Positions 55,041 to 63,425 of a stretch of 64,000 nt of DNA are shown piece after piece. The stretch spans positions 2,295 to 66,294 of the forward strand of contig JAAYVH010000044.1 of assembly GCA_012517255.1 (NCBI GenBank), given 5' to 3'. Origin of the DNA: Chthonomonadales bacterium (GTDB lineage Bacteria; Armatimonadota; Chthonomonadetes; Chthonomonadales; CAJBBX01). Within the stretch, counting starts at the first letter, position 1. Every line of letters starts with the position of its first letter. The position numbers and the translations under genes are program-made. Under the pieces are notes generated by a model. It saw only the letters and a program-made list of their open reading frames with translations, searched no databases and was not told the DNA's origin.

Positions 55041-55921
55041 GCCGCCATGTCCTCGCGTCGGCCCGCCACGAGCCGATACTGAATGACGGTCAGCCCCAGC
55101 ACGAGGGCAAACAGCACATAGGCCACGGCGCAGGCATAGCCCATGCGGTAGAGGCTGAAGCCCGTCTGGTACATGTAGAGGACGACCGTGAGGGTGCTGT
55201 AGTGCGGCCCGCCTCCGGTGAGGATATAGCTCTGACCGAAGACCTGCGACGACCCGATGAGCGACATAACCAGGCAGAACAGCAGCGCCGGCCTGAGCAG
55301 CGGCAGGGTCACATGGCGGAAACGCGCCAATGCGCCGGCCCCATCCATGCGCGCCGCCTCGTAGTACTCATCCGGGATGCCGCGCAGCCCTGCCAGATAG
55401 ATCAGCATGTTGCCGCCGGCGCCCCACCAGATGCTCATCACAGCCAAGGACGGCATGGCCAGCGCCGGGCTGTTGAGCCAGGCCGGACGAGGGCCGCCGA
55501 GCAGCGACAGGTAGTGGTTGATGATGCCGAACTCCGTGCTGTAGAGCCACCGCCAGATGATGGCCGTCACGGCGACCGACAGTACGACCGGCAGGTAGTA
55601 GAGGGTCTTGAAGAGCGTCTCGCCTCGCACGCGCGCGTTCAGAGCCAGGGCCAGCAGCAGCGACACCGCATTGCCCGGGATAACGGTCAGCAGCGCGAAG
55701 TAGGCCGTGTTCATCAGGGCGCGATGGAACAGATCATCCTGAAGCAGCGCGGCGTAGTTGGCGAGGCCGACGAACGGCCGGCTCTGCCCGAGCACGTGCC
55801 AGTCATGGAGGCTGATGTAGAGGCCGTAGGCCACCGGCGCTGCCAGAAAGGCGATGAAGAGCGCCAGATAGGGCGCAATGAACGCGTAGGCCGTGAGCCG
55901 TTCTTCTGTGCGTTGGGTCAT
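55037..55921 (-). CDS. Carbohydrate ABC transporter permease (MalF-like)
   Basis: ORF track 55037..55921 (294 aa). EAA loop YEAARMDGAGALARFRHVTLPLLRP. Overlaps the SBP stop. Confidence 0.85.
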   Translation of the reverse strand: MTQRTEERLTAYAFIAPYLALFIAFLAAPVAYGLYISLHDWHVLGQSRPFVGLANYAALLQDDLFHRALMNTAYFALLTVIPGNAVSLLLALALNARVRGETLFKTLYYLPVVLSVAVTAIIWRWLYSTEFGIINHYLSLLGGPRPAWLNSPALAMPSLAVMSIWWGAGGNMLIYLAGLRGIPDEYYEAARMDGAGALARFRHVTLPLLRPALLFCLVMSLIGSSQVFGQSYILTGGGPHYSTLTVVLYMYQTGFSLYRMGYACAVAYVLFALVLGLTVIQYRLVAGRREDMAA

Positions 55922-57198
55922 GGGCGGGCCATCACCTGTCCGATGCGCCGATGGGCCTCGTCCAGCGCCTGCTGCGGGCTCTGGATGCCCAGCAGCGACG
56001 CCTCGATGGCGGCATCGTAGAACGGCATGATCTCGGTGGACTTGTGCGATGCTGGCTCGAAGACCACATAGGGCAGCTCACGCGCGAATGCGCTCTGGAC
56101 GCGCATGGCTCGGAACCGGGGATCCTTGAGCAGCGACCGGCGAATGGGGATCTGCCCGCCTTCCGCCCAATCGAGGCTGTTATCCGAAAGGTACCGAATG
56201 AGCCGCCAGGCAAGCCTCACGCGATCGTCGGGAAGCTTCCGCGGCATGCACATGACGTGGGAGCCTCCCCATGCGGCCATGCGCCGTCCGAACTGCGGAA
56301 CGGGGGCGCCCGCATACGCGAGTCCTTGCTGCTCTTCGAGGCTCGACAGCATGTAGATCCCTTCGATGGCCATGGCGACGCGCCCCTGCCGGAACCCCAT
56401 CCACGAGTCGAAACCCTCGGGCTTGGGGGCGATCCTGTACCGCGTGATCATATCAGCCATGAGGCGCGTAGCCTCGACGTTGGCGGGCTGGTTGATCGCC
56501 GACCGCGTAAGGTCCTCGTTGAGGATCGAGCCGCCGAACTGGCTGATGAACGTGATCCAGTTGGTGCGGAGCCATGTGAAAGCGAAACCCCACCGATCCG
56601 GCCGACCGTCGCCGTCGGTGTCCTTCGTCAGTCGGCGCGCAGCATCGAGGAACTCCGCGAGCGTCGCGGGCGGTCTCGCGCGTCCGTCGGGTCCAACCAG
56701 ACCTGCCTCACGGAAGAGCTTCTCGTTGTAGTACAGCCCTTGCGGATGGCAGTCGAGGGGTATTCCGAACTGCTTCCCGTCGTAGCGCGCCGCGGCCAGG
56801 ATGTTCGGCAGCATGTCGCGCAGGTCGAGGCCTTCGTCGGCCGATATGAGGTCGTCCACCGGGCGCATCACGTCGTAGCGAGCGAACTCGGCGAGGCGAT
56901 TCGCATGGCAGATGAACACGTCCGGCGCGCCGCCGTAGGCCAGCGAGAGCGTCAGCTTGTCGTAGTAGGTGGCCCACGGGATGATCTGCATCTTCACGCG
57001 CAGGCCGGTGTCCTTCTCGAATCGCTTGACGATGCGCTCCATGGTGGCCCCGTCGGGTCCCGTGAATCCGTTCCAGAAGCGGAGAACGCCGGGCTCGGCC
57101 ACGGTGTCGGGCGCCTGACGGAGGCAGCCTCCGGAAAGCAGAACGGGCAAACAGACCCCGATCGCCAGCGCCGTTCTGCGGAGGGTCGGCAGCATCAT
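55918..57198 (-). CDS. Sugar ABC transporter substrate-binding lipoprotein (family 1 SBP)
   Basis: ORF track 55918..57198 (426 aa). Lipobox VLLSGG-C. Typical SBP_bac_1 layout. Confidence 0.85.
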   Translation of the reverse strand: MMLPTLRRTALAIGVCLPVLLSGGCLRQAPDTVAEPGVLRFWNGFTGPDGATMERIVKRFEKDTGLRVKMQIIPWATYYDKLTLSLAYGGAPDVFICHANRLAEFARYDVMRPVDDLISADEGLDLRDMLPNILAAARYDGKQFGIPLDCHPQGLYYNEKLFREAGLVGPDGRARPPATLAEFLDAARRLTKDTDGDGRPDRWGFAFTWLRTNWITFISQFGGSILNEDLTRSAINQPANVEATRLMADMITRYRIAPKPEGFDSWMGFRQGRVAMAIEGIYMLSSLEEQQGLAYAGAPVPQFGRRMAAWGGSHVMCMPRKLPDDRVRLAWRLIRYLSDNSLDWAEGGQIPIRRSLLKDPRFRAMRVQSAFARELPYVVFEPASHKSTEIMPFYDAAIEASLLGIQSPQQALDEAHRRIGQVMARP

Positions 57199-58217
57199 CG
57201 GGGTCGAGGCTGGGGCGTCGTGCTCGGACCGTTGACATAGGGCGCGTCGCCGCGCCAGAAGAGCCTTTCTATGCGCAGCGTGCGCCCCACGGGATTGGAG
57301 CCGTAGCGCGGCTCATTGCGATCGTCCCAGCCGTGATAGGCCATCCACATCTGCCCGCCTGGCGTCGTGATGATGCACTGATGACCGGGGCCGTAGACCT
57401 TGCCGGGAACCGTCTGGAGGACCAGCTCCTGCGACTTAACATAGGGCCCGCGGAGGTTGCGCGACGTCGCATGAGCTACGGCGTAGCAGGCGTCGGCCTT
57501 GTTCGACTGGAACCAGCCGATCGAGAAGAACAGGTGGTAGATGCCGTTCCGGTGGATGAGCGTCGGCGCCTCGGTCACGCCCCGCTCGCGCGGATGATCG
57601 GGCTGTACGAGGATCGTCAGGTCGTCCCGAACGCTCAGCAGGTCGTCGGCCATGCTGCGGATCACGATGCGCCGGGGTTCCTCCTCGGTATAGAGGAGGT
57701 ACGGCTTCTTGTCGCGATCGAAAAACACCGTGGTATCAATGACGCCGACACGGTTCGTTCCGGCGCGCACCAGGATCGCCCTGTGCTCGAAGGGGCCGAG
57801 GGGATGCGAGGCAACGGCGATGCCGATGTCATGCTTTCGCGTCTGCTGGTTCATCGCCGAGTACGTCATGTAGAACTTGCCGCGGTAGATGGTCACCTCC
57901 GGCGCCCACAGGTGCTCGCCGGACCAGGGCGGCTCGAAGCAGCCCCCTTTATGCGTCCACCGGACGAGATCGGGCGATTCCATCACCTGGAAGCCGCCCG
58001 GACCCGAATGGGTGGCGTAGGCGTAGTACTTGCCCTTCCAACGGATGATGTGCGGATCGGGGAAGTCGGCGCCCCAGACCGGATTGGTGTAGGTCGCTGT
58101 GCGGCGCGCCTGCGGCGACCTTCCCGGAGCCGTTGCCGGCAGCGCCGCCATGACACCCATCAGCAGGATGCCCGTTCGCATCCAATGTCCCATTGTTCCC
58201 GTCCGTTTGGCAGCCAT
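57195..58217 (-). CDS. Glycoside hydrolase family 43-like protein (secreted)
   Basis: ORF track 57195..58217 (340 aa). Signal peptide. NPVWGADFPDPHIIRWKGKYYAYATH and LWAPEVTIYRGKFYMTYS motifs. The 4-nt overlap with the SBP gene start (57195-57198) suggests translational coupling. Confidence 0.8.
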   Translation of the reverse strand: MAAKRTGTMGHWMRTGILLMGVMAALPATAPGRSPQARRTATYTNPVWGADFPDPHIIRWKGKYYAYATHSGPGGFQVMESPDLVRWTHKGGCFEPPWSGEHLWAPEVTIYRGKFYMTYSAMNQQTRKHDIGIAVASHPLGPFEHRAILVRAGTNRVGVIDTTVFFDRDKKPYLLYTEEEPRRIVIRSMADDLLSVRDDLTILVQPDHPRERGVTEAPTLIHRNGIYHLFFSIGWFQSNKADACYAVAHATSRNLRGPYVKSQELVLQTVPGKVYGPGHQCIITTPGGQMWMAYHGWDDRNEPRYGSNPVGRTLRIERLFWRGDAPYVNGPSTTPQPRPR

Positions 58218-58271
58218 CCAGGCGGCATCGCCGGGGCGCCGCTTGGAGCCCCGGCAATGATGCGCCGATGG

Positions 58272-59114
58272 TCAGGGCGCCTGATAGTTGCAGCGGTCGT
58301 CCCAACCGCTGAAATCGAGCCGCCACATGGTCGGCGTGACCATACGGCCGCCCTTGCTCACGTCTGGCCCCAGGCGCGCCCACGTAGCTGCCCAGGTCAT
58401 GTACTTGGCATGGCCATCCATGAACACGTAGTTGGAGCCGCCCACGCCGTTGGTTGAGACATTGTTGCGGTCGGAGACCTTGTTGTGGCGGTCGAAGTCC
58501 ACGTTATGCCCGAAGTCCCGACAGACATAGCCCTCGTCTGCTTCCCATGTGGCGACCTGATGCCACTCTGCGTCGCCCCAGCCGGGCCGGCTCTCGGCCA
58601 GCAGGATGGCCTCGGCGACCCGATCAATGGCGGCGAGCTTCAGGGCGTTCCAGGGACCGTTGGGGTAGTTGCTGAGGTTCAGCCTGTAGGACCCCGGGAT
58701 GTTGTCGGCCTCAGGCGCATCCGGCAGTCCGCTCCATGTGTCATTCCAGAGGCCCCGGGCCCAGCTCTCGGAGTCGGAGGGGCACTGGTAGATCTGCTTG
58801 TTCTTGATGTAGCCCTGGATCACGTAGTCCCAGCCCCACATGGGATCACGCCAGGGCCAGCAGTAGCGGCCGCCGTTCGGGCAGCCGTTCCAGCTCGGCT
58901 CGTCATTGAACCAGGCTTTGGGCAGATACTCGTCGTAGTCCTGCGCGAACATCTGCATGGCCATGCCGAGCTGCTTGGTGTTCGACAGGCACGAAATGGC
59001 CCGAGCCTTCTCGCGCGCTTGCGCGAAAACCGGGAAGAGGATCGCCGCCAGAATGGCAATGATCGCGATCACTACGAGCAACTCGATCAGCGTAAAGCCT
59101 TGCTTGCGTGTCAC
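58272..59114 (-). CDS. Prepilin-type N-terminal cleavage/methylation domain protein (DUF1559-like pseudopilin), paralog of 53213..54010
   Basis: ORF track 58272..59114 (GTG start after AAAGGAGGGTGAA). N-terminus (M)[49 protein letters not shown]. Confidence 0.8.
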   Translation of the reverse strand: MTRKQGFTLIELLVVIAIIAILAAILFPVFAQAREKARAISCLSNTKQLGMAMQMFAQDYDEYLPKAWFNDEPSWNGCPNGGRYCWPWRDPMWGWDYVIQGYIKNKQIYQCPSDSESWARGLWNDTWSGLPDAPEADNIPGSYRLNLSNYPNGPWNALKLAAIDRVAEAILLAESRPGWGDAEWHQVATWEADEGYVCRDFGHNVDFDRHNKVSDRNNVSTNGVGGSNYVFMDGHAKYMTWAATWARLGPDVSKGGRMVTPTMWRLDFSGWDDRCNYQAP

Positions 59115-59182
59115 TTCACCCTCCTTTGCTGGGTTGTCGTGCGGACATCGTGGTCCGCAACGGTTTGTCGGCGGACTCGTGC

Positions 59183-59563
59183 CTAGCGTCCGCCGTAGGG
59201 ACCTCCCTGCATTCCGCCGCTCGTACCGCGCACACCGACATCAGGCCGTTGCGGCATGCCTCCAGACATGGGGCCTCCCTGCATACCGGGACCGCCCGGC
59301 CGTCCGCCGTAGGCGCCGCTGTAGGGGTTGCCCGCACTGGTTGGAGCGCCTGCGCTTGCCGGGCGCTGTCCATACGGGCTGCCGCCGCTCTTTCCGCTGT
59401 ATCCTGGCGGCTGATAGGCCTGAGGCGGATATGTCTTGGGGTCGCGCGGACCTCCGGCTGTCAGAGCGCGGAAGCCCACGAAGATGAGCGCCGCTACCCC
59501 GACCACCACTACGACCGCCACCGCCCAGCCCGGCACGGTGGGGCCGCCTTCCAATCGCTTCAC
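59183..59563 (-). CDS. Small single-pass membrane protein with a Gly/Pro/Tyr/Met-rich disordered tail
   Basis: 3' part of ORF 59183..60016. I call the GTG at 59563 (GTGA overlap with the regulator's stop, preceded by GGAAGGAG). TM segment [19 protein letters not shown]. Tail ...[22 protein letters not shown]...[11 protein letters not shown]. Confidence 0.5.
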   Translation of the reverse strand: MKRLEGGPTVPGWAVAVVVVVGVAALIFVGFRALTAGGPRDPKTYPPQAYQPPGYSGKSGGSPYGQRPASAGAPTSAGNPYSGAYGGRPGGPGMQGGPMSGGMPQRPDVGVRGTSGGMQGGPYGGR

Positions 59564-60555
59564 CGATGTTCTCCTTCCATGAAGCCCGGCTCCGATCCGT
59601 TGTTGCCCGACCGGACGCAGCGCGACGCGCCGGCCCGGGGAACGTAGTGGAGCCTGATCGTCGGATCCTGGTCGTAGTTGCCAAATTCTCTGCCGAAGAT
59701 ATTGAAGCCCCCCACATGCCGCGCGCCGGATTTGACGCCGATGCGCACCGATATCGGCCCGTGCGGCTCGAGACCGATCTGGTCGATCGTCGCCGACGAG
59801 GCCGCGAGACCGTCCACATACGAGCCGGAGGCATCGACCGACCAGACCTTCATCATGCCGAACTGCGTCATATGGTCCGACCACCAGGGCGGGTTCAGCC
59901 GTCCCCGCTTGCCGCCAAGGTCCCCGGGCGCCGTCCACGTGCCGACCTCGACATCGTTGACCCAGACCGTGATATCCGACGGGTAGTCGTTGTTGTAGTC
60001 GGGGCATTCGGCACACACTTCGGCCGCGTATTCGAGGCGAACGATCTGCATGCTCGATGGCAGGGTGTTGGGGAACATGTACTCGACGACGCCGTCAGCC
60101 ATCCAGAGCAGGCGAGCCGACGCTCGCTCGGGGTGATAGAAGGACTGCGGCTCATCGAGGAATCCGATGACACGCTCGGCGTTGGCGAGGCCGCAGGTCG
60201 GCACGGGTCTCGCGCAGGTGTATAGCCCGACCGGCATGGAAACCTCTTCGATGCAGTCGTCCAGCGAAGGCTCCGGACCCAGCGAGATCAGCAGCCGCTC
60301 GGCGTTCAGTCGGCACCGCTTCTGCATGCCCTGGGCTCCCGGCATGTATTCGCACACGACGAGCCCGACCTGTTCGAGCACCTGCATGTGCTTGGTCACC
60401 GTCGGCTGTGCGAGGCCGAGCGCGGCGCCGATCTCGACAATGTTGCGATCGCCGGAGCCGAGCAAGCGCAGGATGCGCATGCGCGTGTCCGATGCCAGTG
60501 CACGAAAGGTCTCGACGCCCCGTTCGCCGTCGATCTCGATAACGCCGGTCTGCAT
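59560..60555 (-). CDS. ArsR-family winged-helix transcriptional regulator with a ~230-aa C-terminal domain of unknown function
   Basis: ORF track 59560..60555 (331 aa). ArsR-type HTH FRALASDTRMRILRLLGSGDRNIVEIGAALGLAQPTVTKHMQVLEQVGLV. Confidence 0.75.
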   Translation of the reverse strand: MQTGVIEIDGERGVETFRALASDTRMRILRLLGSGDRNIVEIGAALGLAQPTVTKHMQVLEQVGLVVCEYMPGAQGMQKRCRLNAERLLISLGPEPSLDDCIEEVSMPVGLYTCARPVPTCGLANAERVIGFLDEPQSFYHPERASARLLWMADGVVEYMFPNTLPSSMQIVRLEYAAEVCAECPDYNNDYPSDITVWVNDVEVGTWTAPGDLGGKRGRLNPPWWSDHMTQFGMMKVWSVDASGSYVDGLAASSATIDQIGLEPHGPISVRIGVKSGARHVGGFNIFGREFGNYDQDPTIRLHYVPRAGASRCVRSGNNGSEPGFMEGEHR

Positions 60556-60572
60556 ACGGATCCTCGATTGGT

Positions 60573-60586
60573 TAGCTGATCAGCTA
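60573..60586. promoter_or_regulatory. Perfect 14-bp palindrome TAGCTGATCAGCTA (candidate operator)
   Basis: Self-complementary 14-mer, 18 nt upstream of the ArsR-like start codon and 2 nt downstream of the candidate -10 hexamer. Confidence 0.45.
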
Positions 60587-60588
60587 TT

Positions 60589-60617
60589 ACTATATCAAAG
60601 CGTGCAGGGTTATGCAA
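60589..60617 (-). promoter_or_regulatory. Candidate sigma70 promoter of the regulator/pseudopilin/GH43/ABC locus (-35 TTGCAT, 17-nt spacer, -10 TATAGT)
   Basis: The minus strand reads TTGCAT at 60617-60612 and TATAGT at 60594-60589. Confidence 0.45.
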
Positions 60618-60730
60618 TAGGTTCTTCGCGCATCACAGAGCGCTGGCTCGGCGCGGTAGAATGGGGCTGACGGCTGCGCGCGACCATGGCGCCTGCATGC
60701 CGCATTCCAACCGCCCTCTGGAGACCGCCC

Positions 60731-61957
60731 ATGATTCCTGCACAGGATCGGACCATTCTGCGCGATCTCGCGCGCCGTGTGGCCGAGATTGCCGCGCTCC
60801 CCGAGATGGAGGAGCGTCGCCGAGAGTGGAAGCGGCACAACAGCCTGCGCCACGGCCGACCGATGATGCTGATCTTCCCGGAGGGCTCATGGGGCGAGCT
60901 ACTGCCCCATACTGCGCTCCGGTGTGAAGACCCTCAGGCCCGCAACATGGAGTGGGATCTGCGTCACCGCATCTACACGTTCGAACACCTCGCATCGGAC
61001 AATGTGGTGGACGGCGAGTGGGTCGTCCACAAGGTGATCCACAGCACGGGCTGGGGACTGGAACCGAGGCACCATGACAGCCCGGAGGCGCGTGGGGCAT
61101 GGGCCTTCGATCCGGTCATCCGCGAGCCGGCTGACATGCGCAAGCTCCATCATCCCGACATCAGCGTGGATGAGGACGCCACACGGCGCTCCTTCGAAGA
61201 CGCTGTGGACCTCTTTGGCGACATCCTGCAGGTGAAGCTCAAGGGCGTCGCTCATATCAGCTATCACCTCATGAACCAGTGGACCGGCTGGCGCGGGCTC
61301 GAGCAGACCATGACCGACATGTGCGAGAACCCCGCGTGGGTCCATGAAGCCATGGCCTTCCTCGAGGAGGGTCATCGGCGCGTCCTCGGCCAGTACATCG
61401 AGATGAACCTGCTGAGCCTCAACAACGACAACACCTACCATTCCTCCGGCGGAAACGGATGGACCGATGAGCTTCCGGCCCCGGGTTTCGATCCTGAGCG
61501 TGTGCGCCCGTGCGACATGTGGGCGAGCGCCGAGGCCCAGGAGCTCGCGCAGGTGGGGCCGCGCATGCACGCCGAGTTCAGCATGCGGTACGAGAAGCGG
61601 CTGCTAGAGCCGTTCGGGCTCACGGGATACGGATGCTGCGAGGACCTGACCAGGAAGCTCGACGACGTCCTCACCATCCCGCACATACGGCGCATCTCGA
61701 TCGCTCCCATGGCCAACGTGGAGCGCTCGGCGGAGCGGCTCGGCGACGCCGCAATCTTCTCGTGGAAGCCCGATCCCAGCTTCCTCGTCGGCGACTTCGA
61801 TGAGGAACGGTTGCGAGCCTATCTGCTCCATGCCGTTCGGGCCTGCAGCGGATGTGTCATGGAGATGATCCTCAAGGACACCCACACCTGCGAATGGCAT
61901 CCCGAGCGCTTTGACCGGTGGACGCAGATAGCCCGCGAGGTGATCGAGACGGCCTAG
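60731..61957 (+). CDS. Conserved-looking cytoplasmic hypothetical protein (408 aa)
   Basis: ORF track 60686..61957, with the ATG at 60731 (MIPAQDRTILRDLARRVAEIAALPEMEERRREWKRHN...). No signal peptide, and I could not place the family with confidence. Confidence 0.5.
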   Translation: MIPAQDRTILRDLARRVAEIAALPEMEERRREWKRHNSLRHGRPMMLIFPEGSWGELLPHTALRCEDPQARNMEWDLRHRIYTFEHLASDNVVDGEWVVHKVIHSTGWGLEPRHHDSPEARGAWAFDPVIREPADMRKLHHPDISVDEDATRRSFEDAVDLFGDILQVKLKGVAHISYHLMNQWTGWRGLEQTMTDMCENPAWVHEAMAFLEEGHRRVLGQYIEMNLLSLNNDNTYHSSGGNGWTDELPAPGFDPERVRPCDMWASAEAQELAQVGPRMHAEFSMRYEKRLLEPFGLTGYGCCEDLTRKLDDVLTIPHIRRISIAPMANVERSAERLGDAAIFSWKPDPSFLVGDFDEERLRAYLLHAVRACSGCVMEMILKDTHTCEWHPERFDRWTQIAREVIETA

Positions 61958-61973
61958 TGGCCCGGGTACGGAT

Positions 61974-62017
61974 TCTCAATGAAAATTGAGCCATGAGTCT
62001 CAATGAAAACTGAGCCA
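61974..62017. repeat. Tandem pair of AT-rich 20-mers, each containing a small palindrome
   Basis: TCTCAATGAAAATTGAGCCA (61974-61993) and TCTCAATGAAAACTGAGCCA (61998-62017), with a 24-nt period. The first contains the perfect inverted repeat CTCAAT-gaaa-ATTGAG (61975-61990). Confidence 0.7.
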
Positions 62018-62172
62018 CCCGGAGAGCCAAGGCGGTCGAGCCGGGACGTGGCGTACACGACCCAGCGCAGCGCCCTGGGCCCAGATGTGACGGCCCTTCA
62101 GGCCGTATGCGTGGGCCAGGGGTGCGTCGTCTGCCCGCAAGGGGCGGGCCTGCCCGGTTTGTGACGCGGATT

Positions 62173-62190
62173 CCCCCTCCCCCTCCCCCT
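62173..62190. repeat. (CCCCCT)x3 homopyrimidine tract (G5A x3 on the minus strand)
   Basis: CCCCCTCCCCCTCCCCCT at 62173-62190, followed within 30 nt by GGGGCGGGGG on the + strand. Confidence 0.7.
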
Positions 62191-62347
62191 TGCCCGCGCC
62201 CGCCAGGGGCGGGGGTAACGAGTGCGCAGGGCTGAACACGGCGGGTGCAACGGCGGCCCAGCGCTGAATGGGGCCGGGGTTACGGCGGGTAGCGCCGGAG
62301 GCACCCTGGCGTTGGCGAAGCCGACTTCTCTGCCTGTATGGCGTATT

Positions 62348-63379
62348 ATGCTTACCATGCGGCTCATCACGGAGACATCGGCCACCATGGGCGAGCGGGT
62401 GCGCCGGGGCATCCTTCGCATCGAGGGGGCCATCACTCGCCGCACGGCCCCGCTCCTGTCACCTAGCCGGAAGCGGCTGGATCTGGAGGACCGCCGCACC
62501 GCGCCGCCGCCGCGGTTCGGCGATCTGCCGCTCAGTGATCCCATACGGTCCATGGTGGTGCGCGTCCGGGCCGGGGAGCCGCTGACCGAGGCCGACCTGT
62601 CGGCGCTGCGGGACGCTGTCGGCAAGCTCGACCGGCGCAACTGGGTACGCTCGCTTGTGACGGCGTGGGCTCTTGGGCGAGCCCGCGTGGATCCCAGTCT
62701 GCGGGATCGAGTGATTGAGACACTGGCGTCGTGCCTCCAGATGCGGCAGTACGCTATGAACGGCTGCACCACCACCCTCGCCGTCGGATGCCTGTTCAAC
62801 TCGTTGATCAGTCTGCCGTGGCTCATCTACATGATGGTGCGTGATGGGCGGGTCAACGCCATTCGAACCGAAGCAGCCGCCTCGCTCGCTCTGCTGGATT
62901 GCGAGTGGGCCGTGGGCGATCTGGCGCATGCGGCGCGCGTGCGCAACAGGCCCGGCTCCATCGCGCTGCGCGAGGTCGCCACGATGGCCCTCCAGCGTCT
63001 GCTGCCGCGGACCGGACCCGACCACTATGGACGCCTGTCGCCGACAGCGGTGACCTCGCTCTGCCTCTTGCTGGACCAGGCGCACTCTGATCTCCATCTG
63101 CCCGTGCTCGAAGCGCTCAAGCATGTGGGCGGCTCGAGCACCGTCACGGCGGTGGCGGCCATGACCAATGAAGGATGGCCGGCCGCAACGCGCGAAAAGG
63201 CCCGAGAGGTTCTGGAGATCGTCACAGCGCGTGCCGAGCGTGAGCGCGAGGCATCGCGGCTCCTTCGGCCTGCGCAGGCTCCCGGCTCGCCCGAGGATAT
63301 ACTGTTGCGTCCTGTCGAGGCGCCGCCCTCAGGCGACGTCGAGCTCCTGGTCAGGCCCGTCGAGGGAGATGAGGGTTGA
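62348..63379 (+). CDS. Hypothetical helical-repeat (HEAT/ARM-like) protein
   Basis: ORF track 62222..63379. The first ATGs are at 62348 and 62357. Helical repeats with EVATMALQRLL and LPVLEALKHVGGSSTVTAVAAM-type segments. Start and function are uncertain. Confidence 0.4.
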   Translation: MLTMRLITETSATMGERVRRGILRIEGAITRRTAPLLSPSRKRLDLEDRRTAPPPRFGDLPLSDPIRSMVVRVRAGEPLTEADLSALRDAVGKLDRRNWVRSLVTAWALGRARVDPSLRDRVIETLASCLQMRQYAMNGCTTTLAVGCLFNSLISLPWLIYMMVRDGRVNAIRTEAAASLALLDCEWAVGDLAHAARVRNRPGSIALREVATMALQRLLPRTGPDHYGRLSPTAVTSLCLLLDQAHSDLHLPVLEALKHVGGSSTVTAVAAMTNEGWPAATREKAREVLEIVTARAEREREASRLLRPAQAPGSPEDILLRPVEAPPSGDVELLVRPVEGDEG

Positions 63380-63425
63380 GCGACAGCCGGACTTGATCGG
63401 AAGGTAGCGAAAGGAGTTCATTGCG

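Noticed and set aside
59564-60016. Upstream two-thirds of ORF 59183..60016 (277 aa), and ORF 59241..59834
   Set aside because: Both overlap the ArsR-like gene in a different frame. Only the 3' part from the GTG at 59563 has an RBS, a TM segment and a plausible protein character.
62000-62826. Minus-strand ORFs 62000..62239 and 62098..62826
   Set aside because: The first is a translation of the repeat island (G5A tract and REP-like sequence). The second is antisense to the helical-repeat gene and is extremely Arg/Ser/Pro-rich.
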